A program made the position numbers and the translations under genes. A model generated the notes under the pieces. It made no database searches and had not been told where the DNA came from. It worked only from the letters and a program-made list of their open reading frames with translations. A stretch of DNA of 64,000 nt from Dimorphilus gyrociliatus. Its lineage: Eukaryota; Animalia; Annelida. Positions 23,295-38,093 of this stretch are shown piece after piece (the stretch's first letter is position 1; every line of letters begins with the position of its first letter). The stretch spans positions 4,223,404 to 4,287,403 of the forward strand of contig CAJFCJ010000007.1 of NCBI GenBank assembly GCA_904063045.1, given 5' to 3'.

Positions 23295-25913
23295 ATGGGG
23301 ACAAAACGTCGAAAAATACCTGAAGTGCCTAGTGCAGATCCAGTGAAAAAACGATCAAAAAGCACAAAATCACATTCCCAAGTATCAAATAGCAGTTTTA
23401 TTTGGATTCTGATCCTGTCATCTATTCCCTTGGTGTTGATTTACGGGGCTTTTACCTGGTATTCATACTATCTTTCAACTCTGGTTATAGAGCCATTTAG
23501 TGGAGAAAATGTCATTCAGAGTTCTCGTAATACGCAAAATATAGAATGGGGAACTTTCCGACCGAACACGTACTTCGGTATCAAAGCAAAAATGCCAAAA
23601 TCGCCTATATTTGGGTTGATGTGGATGCCTCAATTTGGTGCGACAGAGAGGCCGCCCCCGATAAGGCATTGGTGTGATCAAGGGGACGGTATACTGAAGT
23701 ATGGCTGGACCAAACACGATGGAGAAAACTTTGGACGACAAGAAATATATGATAAATGGCTTGTACTTGTTACAGATTTCGTTCGAGTTGAATCTGGTTG
23801 GAAAGCTCGAGTTCGAGTGAAACCAAAGGTAAGTCTAACAGCATAAATAGATTATAAAACTATCTATCTAAATGAGACATATTTATAAATCTAATCTTTA
23901 AACTCAACATTCCAGCCGGGTATGGAACAAGGTGTCTTCTCGCTGTTCTTTTACGTAGCAATAGAAAATGATGGAGAACTCCTTCTCGATATAAATAAGA
24001 GAAATTTGAAATCTGTATCTGGTCGAACTAATAGTATCGGTTCATTTTCTTTAGAGTTCCCTACTGCGGAAAATGTAATACATCACGACTACCTTGAAAC
24101 CTTAACACCAGGCTTTCATCAGTTAAAAGAAGGACTTATTAATGGTATGGTTCTTAAGAAATTCAGAAACAACGATGAAAAGTATATAGCGTTGAATGGT
24201 CTTGTTGTTCCGGAAGAATTCCAAAAGTATCCCAGGAATTTTGTAGTCAAACAATACACTTTTAAAGGTAGCTTTGATATGGAAGTTCACTTTCAATCTA
24301 GTCCAGTCCCTAGTGATGGAGATGAAACATTTGATGATATTTTTAATAAATTTGCTACAAATTTTGACAAGAAATTCGAGGAAACATTCCAACTTAAGAA
24401 AAAAAACTATGATGATGCAATGATCAACTTTGCAAAAGCAACCCTATCCAATCTACTTGGTGGAATTGGTTATTTTCATGGTTCAAGTAGAGTTAAAAGT
24501 AAACACGTTAAAGAAGAGCCTTTAGATTATTGGGAAGCTCCTCTGCTTACAGCGGTTCCATCAAGATCATTCTTCCCAAGAGGTAAATAGTACATGTTTA
24601 TTATAAGAATCCTTATCTAATCGTAAAAATTTCTCATCAATTTATCTCTTCATCATTTGTACAGGGTTTTTATGGGATGAAGGTTTTCACAATCTCGTTA
24701 TTTCAAGATGGAACCCAGATATATCCAAATCAATTTTAGGTTATTGGATGGATTTAATGAATAACGAAGGCTGGATTCCACGTGAACAAATTTTGGGTGT
24801 AGAAGCAAGGGCAAAAGTACCCGATGAATTTGTTATTCAGCACAATGAGAATGCAAATCCCCCAACAATTATTTTGCCTTTGGAATATTTGATGAATTCT
24901 GGATTTTTAGATCAATCTTATCTTAATAGAATTTATCCAAGACTAGTAAGATGGTATGATTGGTTTAATAAAACTCAAACAGGAGATTTACCAGGTAATA
25001 TTTTTGGAATCGTTTCTAATGTTTTTAGCTATCTCTTTCATTATTTTTAGGATCCTATCGATGGAGGGGAAGAGACGAGAAAACTAAAAGAGAGTTGAAT
25101 CCCAAGACTTTAACTTCTGGCTTAGATGATTATCCAAGATCTTCAAATCCTTCAGATAATGAGAGACATCTAGATTTACGTTGTTGGATGCTGTTGGCCT
25201 CTAAAGTTATGGGAAATATTGCAGAAAAGATTGATAAGGATGCAAAGCACTATAAGGCAACGTACGATTATTTGATGGATGAAGATCTGCTAAACAATTT
25301 ACACTGGAGTGATAAAATGAAAAGATATGCTGATTACGGTTTACATAGTGATAGAGTGACTTTAGTTCGACCTAAGCCAAAACAACCCAATCCTCATGTA
25401 CGACTTGAAAAAGAAAGAGTCTTCAAATCTGAGCCTAAAAATCAATACGTTGATAAAACCTTTGGCTATTTAAGCTTATTTCCATTCGCAATGAAAATGT
25501 TTAAACCAGATTCAGATAAGTTACAATGGATATTGAGAGATTTACGAGATGAGAATTTGCTATGGACCAAATACGGATTGAGATCTCTTGCGAAGTCATC
25601 TCCATTGTATAAGAAGTATAATACAGAACACGATCCACCATATTGGAGGGGTGCCATTTGGATAAACATGAATTATATGGTTGTGAATGCTTTACATCAT
25701 TATTCAAAAATTGAAGGACCATACCAGGATTCTTCTAAAAAATTGTATTCTGAATTACGTAAGAATTTGATAGATAATATCTTCAAGCAATACGACCGAA
25801 GTGGCTTTGTTTGGGAAAATTATGATGATGCAACTGGGGTCGGAAAAGGATGTCATCCTTTTACCGGTTGGTCAAGTCTAGTGATAAACCTTATGGGAGA
25901 ATTGTATTATTAG
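23295..25913 (+). CDS. MOGS: mannosyl-oligosaccharide glucosidase (glucosidase I, GH63)
   Basis: Type II TM, WGTFRPNTYFG, LLTAVPSRSFFPRG|FLWDEGFH, TLTSGLDDYPR, YWRGAIWINMNY, HPFTGWSSL; 4 exons. Confidence 0.95.
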
Positions 25914-26474
25914 ACTGTTGAATCTTTGTTTTTGTAAATTAAAAAGGAAATGCTGTTTTTTTTTCAAGCTTAAAAAAAAAATGTTCGCTAAGCCTCTTAG
26001 CCTCTTAAACATATTAGAATTCAATTCGCATTGACACAATAAAAAATGTTTGTTGCGTTTAATTAACAAAAAAAGATCAAAAGTTTTCAAGCGCTCCATA
26101 CATATATAATTCTGATATTTGATTTTAGGACAAGTATTATTTGCATCAAACTAAAGAGGTATTATGGCAGCAAAACATCTTACTCAATACATTACACTCG
26201 ACATATATAAGACAAGACATACAAAGACATATTTTTTTGGGATGATTTCGTGCTTGTTAGACATAAAGTACAACAAAAAAAAGTATTGATAGATAATTAA
26301 TTGTTAATCATCTTAAATGATATTCAAAGCCAGAGAGAAACATAGTTTTTAAGGATACGGTAAAAAAAAATACAAACGATACAAATTGAGAAATCAGTTT
26401 AATAAACTGGGTACGTTGATAAACATTTGCCTTACTTAGCCTATAAAATATGAGGCGGTGATAATACAATTTCT

Positions 26475-26909
<435 letters not shown>

Positions 26910-27171
26910 TTAGTCTTTGTGAACAAAAAATATAAGCTTATAAGGAAAATTTTAAATGATGATGTTCTTTATAGGTTTAAGATATTATTAAATTTGAAAA
27001 AAATAACCCTTTGTTTAACTTAAATACGATAAACCACTAAACAATGAAACGTGAATATCCTATGACAGTTTTTTTAATTGTAATCCCGAAATATTCCGAA
27101 GCTTTGAGAAATCAACTTACCAGTTTTTAATTGTTTGTGATCTCGGATGTTTGTATAAATTTAGCTGAACT

Positions 27172-30100
27172 ATGGAGTCTATGCCGTCTTTAGAAGACAC
27201 CCTTAAAGCTTTAAATGCACTATATAACAACCCTGACACTTCTGTGAAAGAAGAGGCCAATTGCTGGCTCGAAAAACTTCAAAAATCTGTAAGTGACCCT
27301 GTTATCGCTCAAACTCAATACCGAATTTAGCAATCTTCAGGTGTATGCTTGGAAACTGGCCGATCAACTTTTGCAGACCCATTGTAACCTTGAATCATGC
27401 TATTTTGCCTCTCAAACAATGAGATCAAAAGTAAGTTAGAATTCTTTTTTTTTCGATAATTTTCTCATCCAAGTCAAACAATCAACCAGATGCAATATGC
27501 TTTTCACGAGTTACCTCCTGAATCTCACAATGTACGTATTAACTATTTTAATGATAAACTAATATTAATTATTCAATATTATAGTCGCTTAAGGAGTCTT
27601 TACTAATACACGTTAGTAGAATAAGTTCAGAAACCCCTCCGGCCATAAACACTCAAGTAAGGCTTTGATTATATTCTTTATTACCCAATTATTTAATATT
27701 TATTATTTTTAATTGCTACAGTTGTGTTTAGCGTTAGCAGATTTAGTTTTACAAATGCCGTCTTGGAACCATTCTTTGACAGAAATTATGAATAAGTGAT
27801 GACATTTAATCGATAAATCAAAAATGTTTTTTTTAACAATTATGCTTTCTAGGTTCGATTCAGCAGAACAGCATATGAATTTTTTATTGGAATTCTTAGT
27901 TGTTTTACCGGAAGAGGTTAGAAAATTAGCTGCGTATTTAAGTTTGCAATAATGTTTCTACTTTGTTTATCCTTTTAGCTAACATTTAGCAGGCATTTAA
28001 AACTGGGTGCCAATAGGCGAAATGAGCTGATGGAGGAGTTTGATCAATGTGCAGAAAGAGTTGCTGAATACTTGGCAACTTGCATAAGAATCAATAATAC
28101 TAAGCAATTGGGCTTGACATATAAATGTATCGGCAGTTGGTTCTCTATTGGGGATAAGTTTCACAGAGAAGTGGTTCAAAAGAATCTACTACATGCTGCA
28201 TTTCACACACTTGTCGACGAACGTACACCGTCATCTCTTCACGAACTGGCTGCTGATAGTATCTGCTCGGCACTGTATTCGTGCGAGGTATGTATTATAT
28301 TTTGAACAAAAAATATTAAACGTGGCCATGTAAAAAATGCTACTTAATTGTTTTTAGGATGTCGAAAGGCGGTCGCAATTGGTAAATTTAATATTTGATC
28401 GAGTTTCGGAATTAATGCAACCGTTTCTCATGACTGTTGCCAGGGAAGATTATGACAAGTTAGCTATTTTTTTATATACTTTTGAATAAAAACTAAATAT
28501 TTTCTCCATTGAAGGTCAATGAATTTCTGTAGAATATTTACTGAATTGGGTGAAACACTAATGGAGAAAATGGTTCATTCACCTAATAAGGTTAAATATA
28601 TTATTTTTTCAACTAGCAATATTAACTCTATAAAAAAGTTTTCTTTCTTTTACAGGGCTTTGGCTCTCTACAAACTTTAGAACTAATTTTGTTATGTGTC
28701 GGTCATCATCAATATGAAGTAATTTAGAATTATATAATAAGAATGACAATATAATTATCGTTTTATAAATAGGTGGCCTTGATTACCTATAATTTTTGGT
28801 TTCGTTTAGCCGAATGTTTATATAAAAAAGACGACGATGAAGTTATTAATCATTTTAAACCGTATATTGGTAGGCTAATTACGGCTCTTAGCAGGCATTG
28901 TCAAATGGATTCGGATTATGTAAGCTTTTAATTAGTTTAAACTAAGAAATTAACTATCTTATAATATTTGAATTTAAGGATTCTCTTTTGGAAGAAAAGA
29001 GCGATTTTGGTGATTTCCGAGTAAAGACTATTGAATTAGTGAAGGATGTTGTTTTTATAGTTTCTTCTTCCGCTGTTATGATGCAAGTTGGTATACTTTG
29101 ATTGATTGAACAATTTTTAACTATTCTCAATTAATCATATTTGTTTTCTATCTTTAAACAGATGTTTGATATCGTAAAATCCTCCAACTTAAGTCAATGG
29201 AATATCTGTGAATCAGCTATTTTTATTATGTCGGCTATTGCTCGTAACATTGTGCCGTAAGTATTGAGATGTCAAGTTTGTTATATATAGGGATAGTTGA
29301 TTAAAGAAAAGCGAATTTAACAGGAAGGAGAATGTTATCATGCCACCAATTTTACAATTTGCCATAAACCTCTTTAACCAAGATATACATATTGCACTTA
29401 GATATGTATGTTTACAATTTATTGGTCAAATTGGCGAATGGTTAAATAAGCATCCAGAATATCTACGTAAGAATGAATAAATATTTATTAATTATGTTTT
29501 TAATTTTCTTCCCGTTAAATTAGAAACTGTTGTACAAATTTTGTTATCATCACTGGAAAATAGAGAACTAATGGCAGTATCTTGTCAAGCTTTGCAATAT
29601 TTATGCGAAAATTGTAGTTCTCATATGGTACCGCACATGGATGGCTTATTACAACTGTCCAGCTCATTACCTGCTCAACATTTATCAACTGAAGGAACTG
29701 AAGCACTTTTAAGAGGTTTTACAAATTAGATATTGATACTTATCTTTAAAGCCATTTGAAAAAAGTCGATAAAACTCAATTAAATTCTAACAGGAACTGC
29801 GGCTGTCTTATCCAAGCTACCTCATGAGCAAATCAAACAAGCTTTGTTAATCTTGTGTGAACAACAACTAATTCCACTTCAAAAAGTACTCTTTGTTACT
29901 TTCTATATAATTTTCATATAAATTACACTCGTTCATATAAAAAATAATGTGAACAATTTTACGTTACAGTTGGTGGAGCAACCTAACGTTAAAACAGATC
30001 CAACTTCTTATATAGATCGCCTTTCTACTCTATTTCGAGCTACTCGTGTTAAACCTAATAGTCTTGAACATCCTGCTTGTCCTGCAATTGGCCAGTGTTG

Positions 30101-30988
30101 GCCTATTATATCGGCATGTTGTGAAAAATGGGCCGCCAATGTGAAAATAAGTGAAACTTCTTGCCGTTGTATTCGTTTTATGGTTCGATGTATTGGTCAT
30201 CAGACAGGAGTATGGTTAGGAGAGTCCGTAGCTAATCTTGTGGTGAAGTTATACGGCGGTCATAAACATAGCTGTTTTTTGTATTTGGCTTCAGTTTTAA
30301 TTGATGAGATGGGGTCAAATGAGCAGTATACACATGGATTGGTCGGGTTAGTATCAGCTCTATCAAATTCAGCTTTGGAGCAGTTGGGTAAAGGAGAAAA
30401 TGCTCTGAGAGACAATCCCGATACGGTAGACGATTTCTTTCGTATGTGCCTTCGACTAGTTCAAAAAGTCCCTGAGGCTTTCTTTGGGTGTGAAGCTGCT
30501 GAAATGATTGTTTCTTGTGCAACAGTGGCAGCTAAATTGGATCATAGAGATGCTAATTCTTCCGTTTGTAAATTCTTTGGCCAATTAGTCGATTGCGCAT
30601 CCAGTGGTATGCCAGCAGCAAGGCAACTACTTCTCAAACATGGACCTTTCTACGTTCAGAACGTAATTCATGCTTGTATCTTTGATTTCCCTAGTTATAT
30701 GATAGCAGGAACAGCTGAAATTCTCTTCGATATAATTGAACTCGAGCGACAATTAATGACTCAGTGGATAGGAAATGCCTTATCATCTCTTCCCATCACA
30801 AATTCTTCTGGAAGTGTTACAGTTACACAAGAACAGGTTGTTGATTTTAAAACTCAGTTTATCAGGTAAGGAAAGTTTAAGCTTCTTTGATTTACTTAAT
30901 AACACTTGTGTTTTATTTATGTTATAGCGCACAAGACTTTAAAACACTCTCAAGAGCAATACGGGAATTCAGATCTTTGTATCTTTGA
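27172..30988 (+). CDS. TNPO3: transportin-3 (importin-beta family), ~18 introns
   Basis: MESMPSLEDTLKALNALYNNPD...LQKS|VYAWKLADQLLQ; LKLGANRR; FRIFTELGE, ITYNFWFRL, DFFRMCLR; stop TGA 30986-30988. Confidence 0.93.
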
Positions 30989-31373
30989 CTTTTGTTTGCT
31001 TGCACAAGTTTTCCTCTTTTTTTTGTTATATCGATGTTCATTAGGATAATAATCATAGTCTGCAGAGTATTGTAATCCAGTATTTCAACTACCCTCCCTC
31101 TAGGATTATTTGTATACAACATACAAGTCAAGAAGCCTAAGACCAAGAACATTTTCAACCGCTCTTATTAAAAGTTTTGTTCAGTCTTTAACTTATCAAG
31201 ACACATAGCTACGCTAATGTTAAATGAATAAAATAACTCCTCTCATTGGTAAAAATAATCGAATCACGATCAAAGATGTATTTTCCATCTAGGAAGTGGA
31301 ATCTCTAATTAAAATAGTCATAACAAATTTTGCATGTTTATCTTTAACTTAAAACAGAAGGTCAAGAAAAAAA

Positions 31374-34300
31374 TCAAAGTTTACTGAGAATTGAATCGCT
31401 TAGTGTTTCACTTTTCTGCAACTTAGGAAAAGTTTGGTCAAAAGCGTATAGGATTACCTCTCGGACATTTTTAACGAAAACAAACTCGATATCATCCTGC
31501 AAAAATAAGCATAGATCAAAATTAAAGCAAGATTATTAGAGACTTTCAGCTCACCTTTACACTTTGTGGTACTTTTACCAAATTCTTTTCATTCTTTTCT
31601 GGTAAGATGACTCGGCGAATTCCAGCTTGGTGGGCAGCAATGACTTTTTCTTTGATTCCGCCGACGGGAAGAACGTAACCTCGAAGAGTTAATTCTCCGG
31701 TCATGGCTGTTCTGGAACGAACTACTTTATCTGTAAAGAGCGATACGAGCACTGTTACTATTGTAACTCCTGCAGATGGTCCATCTTTCGGAACAGCTCC
31801 TGCCGGAAAGTGAATATGAACGTCACTCTTTTCAACTGTTTCTGTGACAATATCCAAGAGTGGAGCATGTGACTTTAGCCAGTTTAGGGCTAGAGTAGCA
31901 CTTTCCTTCATTACATCTCCTAGTTGCCCAGTTAAAGTTAGCTTTCCTGTACCAGTGATACGAGATGCCTCAACATACATTATTTTTCCACCAACTGATG
32001 TCCAAGCCAATCCAATTGCAACCCCAGGTTGGGTAACGCTTTCCCACTTCTCGTATTCAAAATTCTCCGGCTACAAATCATAGCTGTTACCGAAAGATAT
32101 TGTAAAAAGCTTGAAATATTTACCCCCAATATTTGATTGATTTCTGTCACATCAAGTGTGAAATTAGATGCCTCAGGATTTTTACTTTCTGCAACTTTAA
32201 CCGCAATAGAGCGACAAACAGCTGCAATTTGCCTGTCCAGGTTCCTAACGCCGGCTTCAAGGGTGTACTTGTTGACTAAAAATTTGCATTAGAGTTGATT
32301 ACATGAGTTAATATATGAGCATTTCGGAAACTTACTTATTTCCATTAAGGCTTCATCTGTAAATGTAAGATTTTTATCGGTTAATCCATGTTCCTGTAAC
32401 TGTTTCTTTATGAGATGTCTCTTGGAGATATGCAGTTTATCATCTCTTGTATACCCTGGTACTGTGATTACTTCCATTCTATCAAGAAGCGGCCCTGGAA
32501 TAGTACTCTGTTGATTTGCTGTTGCTACAAAGAGCACTTGAGAAAGGTCAAAAGGGGTATTAACATAACTTTACGAGTTAAGGAATCCTTTATAGGTTAT
32601 TGTTAGAAAAAAAAATAAAGAGAATAACATAGGCTAAGGATACTGATCAGTAAAAGAAAAATTTTGAGCCGGATCTAAAACTTCAAGAAGCGCTGCAGCC
32701 GGATCACCATGAATGCCTCGACCCAATTTGTCAATTTCATCCAAAAGTATCACTGGATTTTTGGTCCCTGCTTGTTTAATCCCTTGAATAATTCGGCCAG
32801 GCATAGAACCGATATAAGTTCTTCGATGACCACGAATATCAGATTGATCGCTACAACCTCCCAGAGCAATTCTTTATTTTAACAAAACGAAGTTTTAGAG
32901 TGAAATTTTTAAATACTTTTAACACTAAAATTTAATCGACAGAGGTATACCTATGAAATTTCCTTCCAAGAGTTTTTGCTATGCTTTGACCAACACTAGT
33001 CTTGCCAACACCGGGTGGTCCAATAAAGCACAAAATTGGACCCCTTAATGAATTTTTTAAACGTCTGACAGCCAAATATTCAACAACACGCTTCTTTAAG
33101 TCGTCTAAGCCATAGTGATCTTCATCTAAATCCATCCTATTGGGAATAATGAAAAAGAATGTATTGATTTGATTGCAATAAAGGAAAATATATTTTTATT
33201 TGAATAACTTTGCTTTTTCAATATTTAAAGAATCTGTAGTTGACTTATTCCAGGGTAGATCAGCCATTAATTCCAGGTAATTTCTTTTAAAAAAGAGATG
33301 AGATTTCAGTACTAAATAATGTTTCGTTTTTGCTTTACCTTAACATTGCGTGTTCTGGCATTGCTGGAGGCATCTTCTTCAATCTCTTTAATTCCCTATC
33401 AGCAATTTTCTTTGCTGCTTCAGGTAATCCTGCATTTCTGAAGATTTTTTTAGGACAATTAAATTCGTATAAGAAAACTTGTACTTAAAATTGTATAGAT
33501 ATATGTATATATTAATATATATATTTACGATAATTTCTCATCTAAGTCTTCCGTATCATCTTCATCATTTGATCGACCTGGTAATCTAGTATCAATACGT
33601 CGCCCTCCTCGAATAGCAATTATAGAATCTTTGTCTTTTGGTGGTCGTTTTATTGATTCTAATGCTTCGATTTGTTTTTGGACAAGAGGAAGTAAACGAC
33701 TGATTCTTTTGTTTAAATCAATGGCGTCTAATATGCTTAATTTTTCATTGTGAGATGCTTGAACTAAGCTTAAACTAGCTGTTATATCTGGTAACTGGTT
33801 GTTTGGAACTTCCGATAAAATTTTCTGTTGAAATATCCGTCAAATAGTATATAATAACAAACAAAAATAAAAAATACCTTCATTTTTTGTAGAACGTTTG
33901 GGGATAAATTGAGCATATCAACTAATGTGTTAGCCTTGTTTCTTAATTCTTCTATAAGATTTGTAACGTTTTCTTCGAGAACTTCGTGATCTTCGGGCAA
34001 ATGATCTAGTTGAGTAACTGCTGCGACAACATAGGGTGTTTCTTGAATAATGGAGTCGATCTTGAATCTACATAATCCTTGAACTAATAGAGTATAGGAA
34101 GTTCGTGGCCAGTTTGTACCAGTCACCTGAACAACAACTGCGGCAACTCCGATAGGATGTAAAAGAAGGTCATCTGATGTTTGGGTCTGTATTTTGAATA
34201 TATAATTAAAGATGTTTAGTCTCAAGTTTCAGAACTTTACGGTATTATCAGTGTACTCTGAAGGTACTACTCCAACAATTGTGCTTGCCAATGTATTCCT

Positions 34301-34497
34301 ACCAAGAATTTTGCTCTGCACCAAGTTTAAACTGAATTGTTGTAAAAACAAAATTAGGGATTTTAAACAATCCTTGTTGGTAGGACCTACTTTTTTGTTG
34401 ATTGAACAGGAAGACGCATATTTGTTCCTGGAAGAAGTACTTTATTAACCGATAAAATCGGCAATCTTCTAGGAATTGCTATCTCCGTACTCGACAT
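31374..34497 (-). CDS. LONP2: peroxisomal Lon protease
   Basis: [13 protein letters not shown]; Walker [10 protein letters not shown]; PKDGPSAG and GGIKEK Ser-Lys dyad; C-terminal PTS1 SKL*. Confidence 0.96.
32569..32643 (-). other. U12-type (minor spliceosome) GT-AG intron in LONP2, 75 nt
   Basis: Donor GTATCCTT at 32643-32636, branch site TTCCTTAAC at 32585-32577, AG at 32570-32569; splicing restores FTDH|[13 protein letters not shown]. Confidence 0.9.
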
Positions 34498-35217
34498 TTT
34501 TAGACTATTTTAAAAATTTTATGTTCCAGTTTTCGTCCTCTGTCGCTGGTAAAATGCTGCATATGTTAGGCTAGGAAACCAGATGTTTTTGCAGACGATC
34601 TTGTCTGGTTCGTAAACACTAGCGGTTTTAAACACAAAAATAATAGTAACCGCTATGATTTATTTCATACTTTCCAAAAAATTTACCTTATTGAAGTATT
34701 GATTATACATTTTAACCAACTTAAAAGATTTTTCAATTCTTTATACAGCTAGTATTTAATATTTAACTTAGAACCCATATTATCCATATTATCGCTCATA
34801 TATTTTAGAATATTTCTCAGCTATAATTCACACTACATTCCTTATTTAATTAAATTTGGATCTTTGTATAGACTGCATAGTTATAAATAAAATAAATTTA
34901 TAGCTTAAAAAACTTTTTATAAAAACTGGAAAACAAAAAAAGAGCAATAACATTCTATATCAATAATTGTATTTACATTTTTAAAAATGAATACAGAACT
35001 CAATAAATATTTACTTGATTAATGTAAAATTTAGTAAAAGTAAAAAAGAAACAATAAAGTATGATCTTTGATTTAGAAAGTAAAAAATGTTTAGCTTTTA
35101 TTTTATATGACAAGGATAAAATAACTCGAATTTTTATTTACTGCTTTCACAACACCAAAAGTGTTTTCTCATCAAGATTAACTTTTTAACAATCTGTTCG
35201 TACCCTTCAAATGATAT

Positions 35218-35964
35218 TTATAGTAGTACTGCTAGTAGAATTATAGCAATAAGAAGGATCAGGAATGGTAACCACTGTTTTAGAGCTCCGATAAGGCTAG
35301 AGAAAAATAAAGTTTAATAAGTTTTTTGATAATAGATTATATAAATTAAAAAATTCCTATCAACCTGACATATTTTGCTTTAAAGAAAACTAAGAAGCAA
35401 AGTTTTATCATATTCCAGGAGCGACTTCCATCATATTCCATTTTATTCAGTGCCATAGCTACGTGAGAATGACAATTATCACAACACAAGTTGTGAATAC
35501 GTCCTTTATAAACTTCAGATGCATCGTCCACAGCTTTATCAAACGTATCATGTGATCCTCCCATTCTATAGAGCGGTAACTGCAAATATCTTGTAGGATT
35601 TCCGAAAGCCATATCATCTCTCTATAGAATTATGCAAAGATAAAAATATGTGTTATATCTGTTTCAAAACTTACAGAAACGTAATAGGGACCAGCGAAAT
35701 CTCTTATTACTCCATCTGTGTAGGCTATACCCATATGACCAATAAATGGAAATAACCACCTGAGAGGGAAAGAAAAGAAAAAAATCGAAATAAATGCACT
35801 TCACGAAATTAGGTAAAAAATATTTACGTTAGACAAGGAATTGGTGTCCATACGATACAGTGAGGATATCTCAGGTTTTTATGATCAATTTCCCTCATGA
35901 GGTCGGAGTTTTGGATGGCTTTAAATTCTTTTTGCGAATGCTGAAGACTACTTGGAAAATCCAT
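35218..35964 (-). CDS. TMEM222: transmembrane protein 222 (RTE1-like family)
   Basis: [15 protein letters not shown]|[11 protein letters not shown]...DFAGPY; [17 protein letters not shown]; 4 exons. Confidence 0.93.
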
Positions 35965-36406
35965 TAAATGATCAGTCACCAATAAGAGCAGTTATCTGCA
36001 ATCTATATAATGCATTTTTTTCTCTAAAGAGTGAAAAAAAACAATGAATAATCTCAAACATTAATATATAATTTTATTTTATAAATAGGCTTCTATAAGA
36101 AAATATATATATATACAACTACATTAAATTATGAGCTTATAAAGAAAAAATTCTAAGGAATAATGGAACATATAGGCCTATCTTGAGAGAAAATAGAACA
36201 TTTTCTTAAAAGATGTAAATGTTTCTTTTTTCTGTTTTCTTCAATTAATTTCTTTATTTAATGAAATTTTTTAAAAAAGAATAAGACAGACAATGAGTTG
36301 AATCAATTATCCTTATTATTATATAATGTATATATATAGCATCTATTTCTTAAAAGCGGGAAAAGATGGGTTTTATTCCATTTCTCTTATTCTTCTTTCC
36401 ATAAAA

Positions 36407-38093
36407 TTAGTTACGAGGCATTGGGTAGCTTTGTCTCGAATTATGAGCTATATTTCTTGTGGTAGAACTACCCCAGTTGTTTTGTCCTCTTTGCATGGAA
36501 GCGTAACCAGAAGGTCCAATGTTGGGAAGCATCTTCTCTCGGTGCAATGCAGCCATATTGGCAGGAGAGCAAGACGAAAAGTTTACCGAGCTGCTCACGC
36601 CGTGATTCGAGCAAGAGCATCTACCAGCTGATCCACCGCAAGGGCAACCTGCTTTGGGTAGCGCCGTTGCTGTGCTTTGGTATAGTGGGGGCTGGCCACA
36701 TGGAGTAGTTTTGCAGTAGTTGGTCATATCTCTTTTAATTGGTACGCAATCCGATACCCTTGGTGCGTACTTGATTGTTTCAGTTACGACAACGGGCTTA
36801 CTAGACAAGCTACAAACAAAAAATTAAAAGTCGTTTGTTTAGTTTACTCATGGTAACGTATTAAAACGCCATCTACCGTTTTTCTTCATTTTCCAATAGA
36901 GCGCGGTACGTATCAATCTCGTGTTTCAAAGTTGCCTGAGCCTCCTTTGCCGCGTTACATTCTCGAAGTTTACACATTAATTCTTCCTGAAGTTGAGTAA
37001 GCTTCCTTTCCAGTTCAGCTATCTTCTCGGCACATCTAGCTCTTTCCTGTTCAAGCGCTCTCCTAAGATTTTCATTCTCAGCTCTACAAGCTTGAAGTTG
37101 GGCTAGCAGTTCAGCCTCACGTCTCTGCAGTTCTTGAATTGCCGATTTTAAGCTCATATTCTCCTGGCGTAGAGCATCTCTTTCTCGTGCATCAGCCTCC
37201 CTTTGAGCGGCAGCCTCTTGTCCAGATCTTGCTAATGCTTCGTCCATTTGCGCTTTGTATCGTCTCATTTCTTCGGCATTAGCATCTCTAAGTTTTTGCA
37301 GTATAGGACCCAACTCATCGTTAGCTGGTTTGCTAAGCTCCGTTATACGTCTCTCTAAACAACTAATAATCTCTTGTTGTGATCTTATTCTATCTGCTGC
37401 CTCTTGAGCATCTCTTTGATTCTTTTGTTGAGCGTGGTTTAGTTCATCAACAAGTTGTTTGCAGCGCTGGAGAGATAATGATTTTTTTAAAATGTATTAA
37501 GTTTATTGAATTAAGGGATTGAATGCTTAGTTACCAACCTGTTCAAGCTGAGCCCTATTTGTTGCTTCACAATCGGCTCTCTTTCTCGCTTCGTCTAATT
37601 CTCTGCAGCATTTTTCCAATTGGGGTCTAAGAGATGTTACTTGCGTATCACAAGAGGCCAAAGCTGCCTTCAATTCGGCAATTTGTCTATCTCTATCTGC
37701 CAACAATCTTCTCAAGTCGTCTAGTTCTTGCATACATGCCTTATACTTTTGACATTGATCTTGAAGCTGACTCTGAAGCTGAGCAAGAGCCCGATTCTTA
37801 TTTTCCAGATCAGCCGATAAGGCACCGTTCATCTGTCTGCACTTATCCAACTCGTCTCTCAATCTTGTTAACTCGTTTTCGTAGTGGCATTTTAAGTTTT
37901 CCAAATCTCTTTCCAAGCCTCTAATCGACTCCAGATAAGCTGGTTCGCAAGCGTTACCTCCTGCTTTCATTTGGCGGACATTATTTAGATAATTAGTTAG
38001 TCTGTCGTTTAGACATTGTAAATTTCCTTTCATTGAGTCCGTAACCTGAGCAGCATCGGAACAAGGTCCGGGTTTACAGCCATACATGTTCAT
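36407..38093 (-). CDS. cytoplasmic intermediate filament protein, ~515 aa, cysteine-rich, 3 exons
   Basis: Exons 38093-37539, 37466-36877, 36809-36407; coil 1A LQCLNDRLTNYL; helix termination EIDTYRALLENEEKR. Confidence 0.88.

Noticed and set aside
30922-31158. Minus-strand 78-aa ORF between TNPO3 and LONP2
   Set aside because: Overlaps the TNPO3 last exon and 3' UTR antisense; no motifs
36326-36631. Plus-strand 101-aa ORF
   Set aside because: Antisense to the IF tail exon; no independent evidence. The same applies to most short track ORFs inside larger genes
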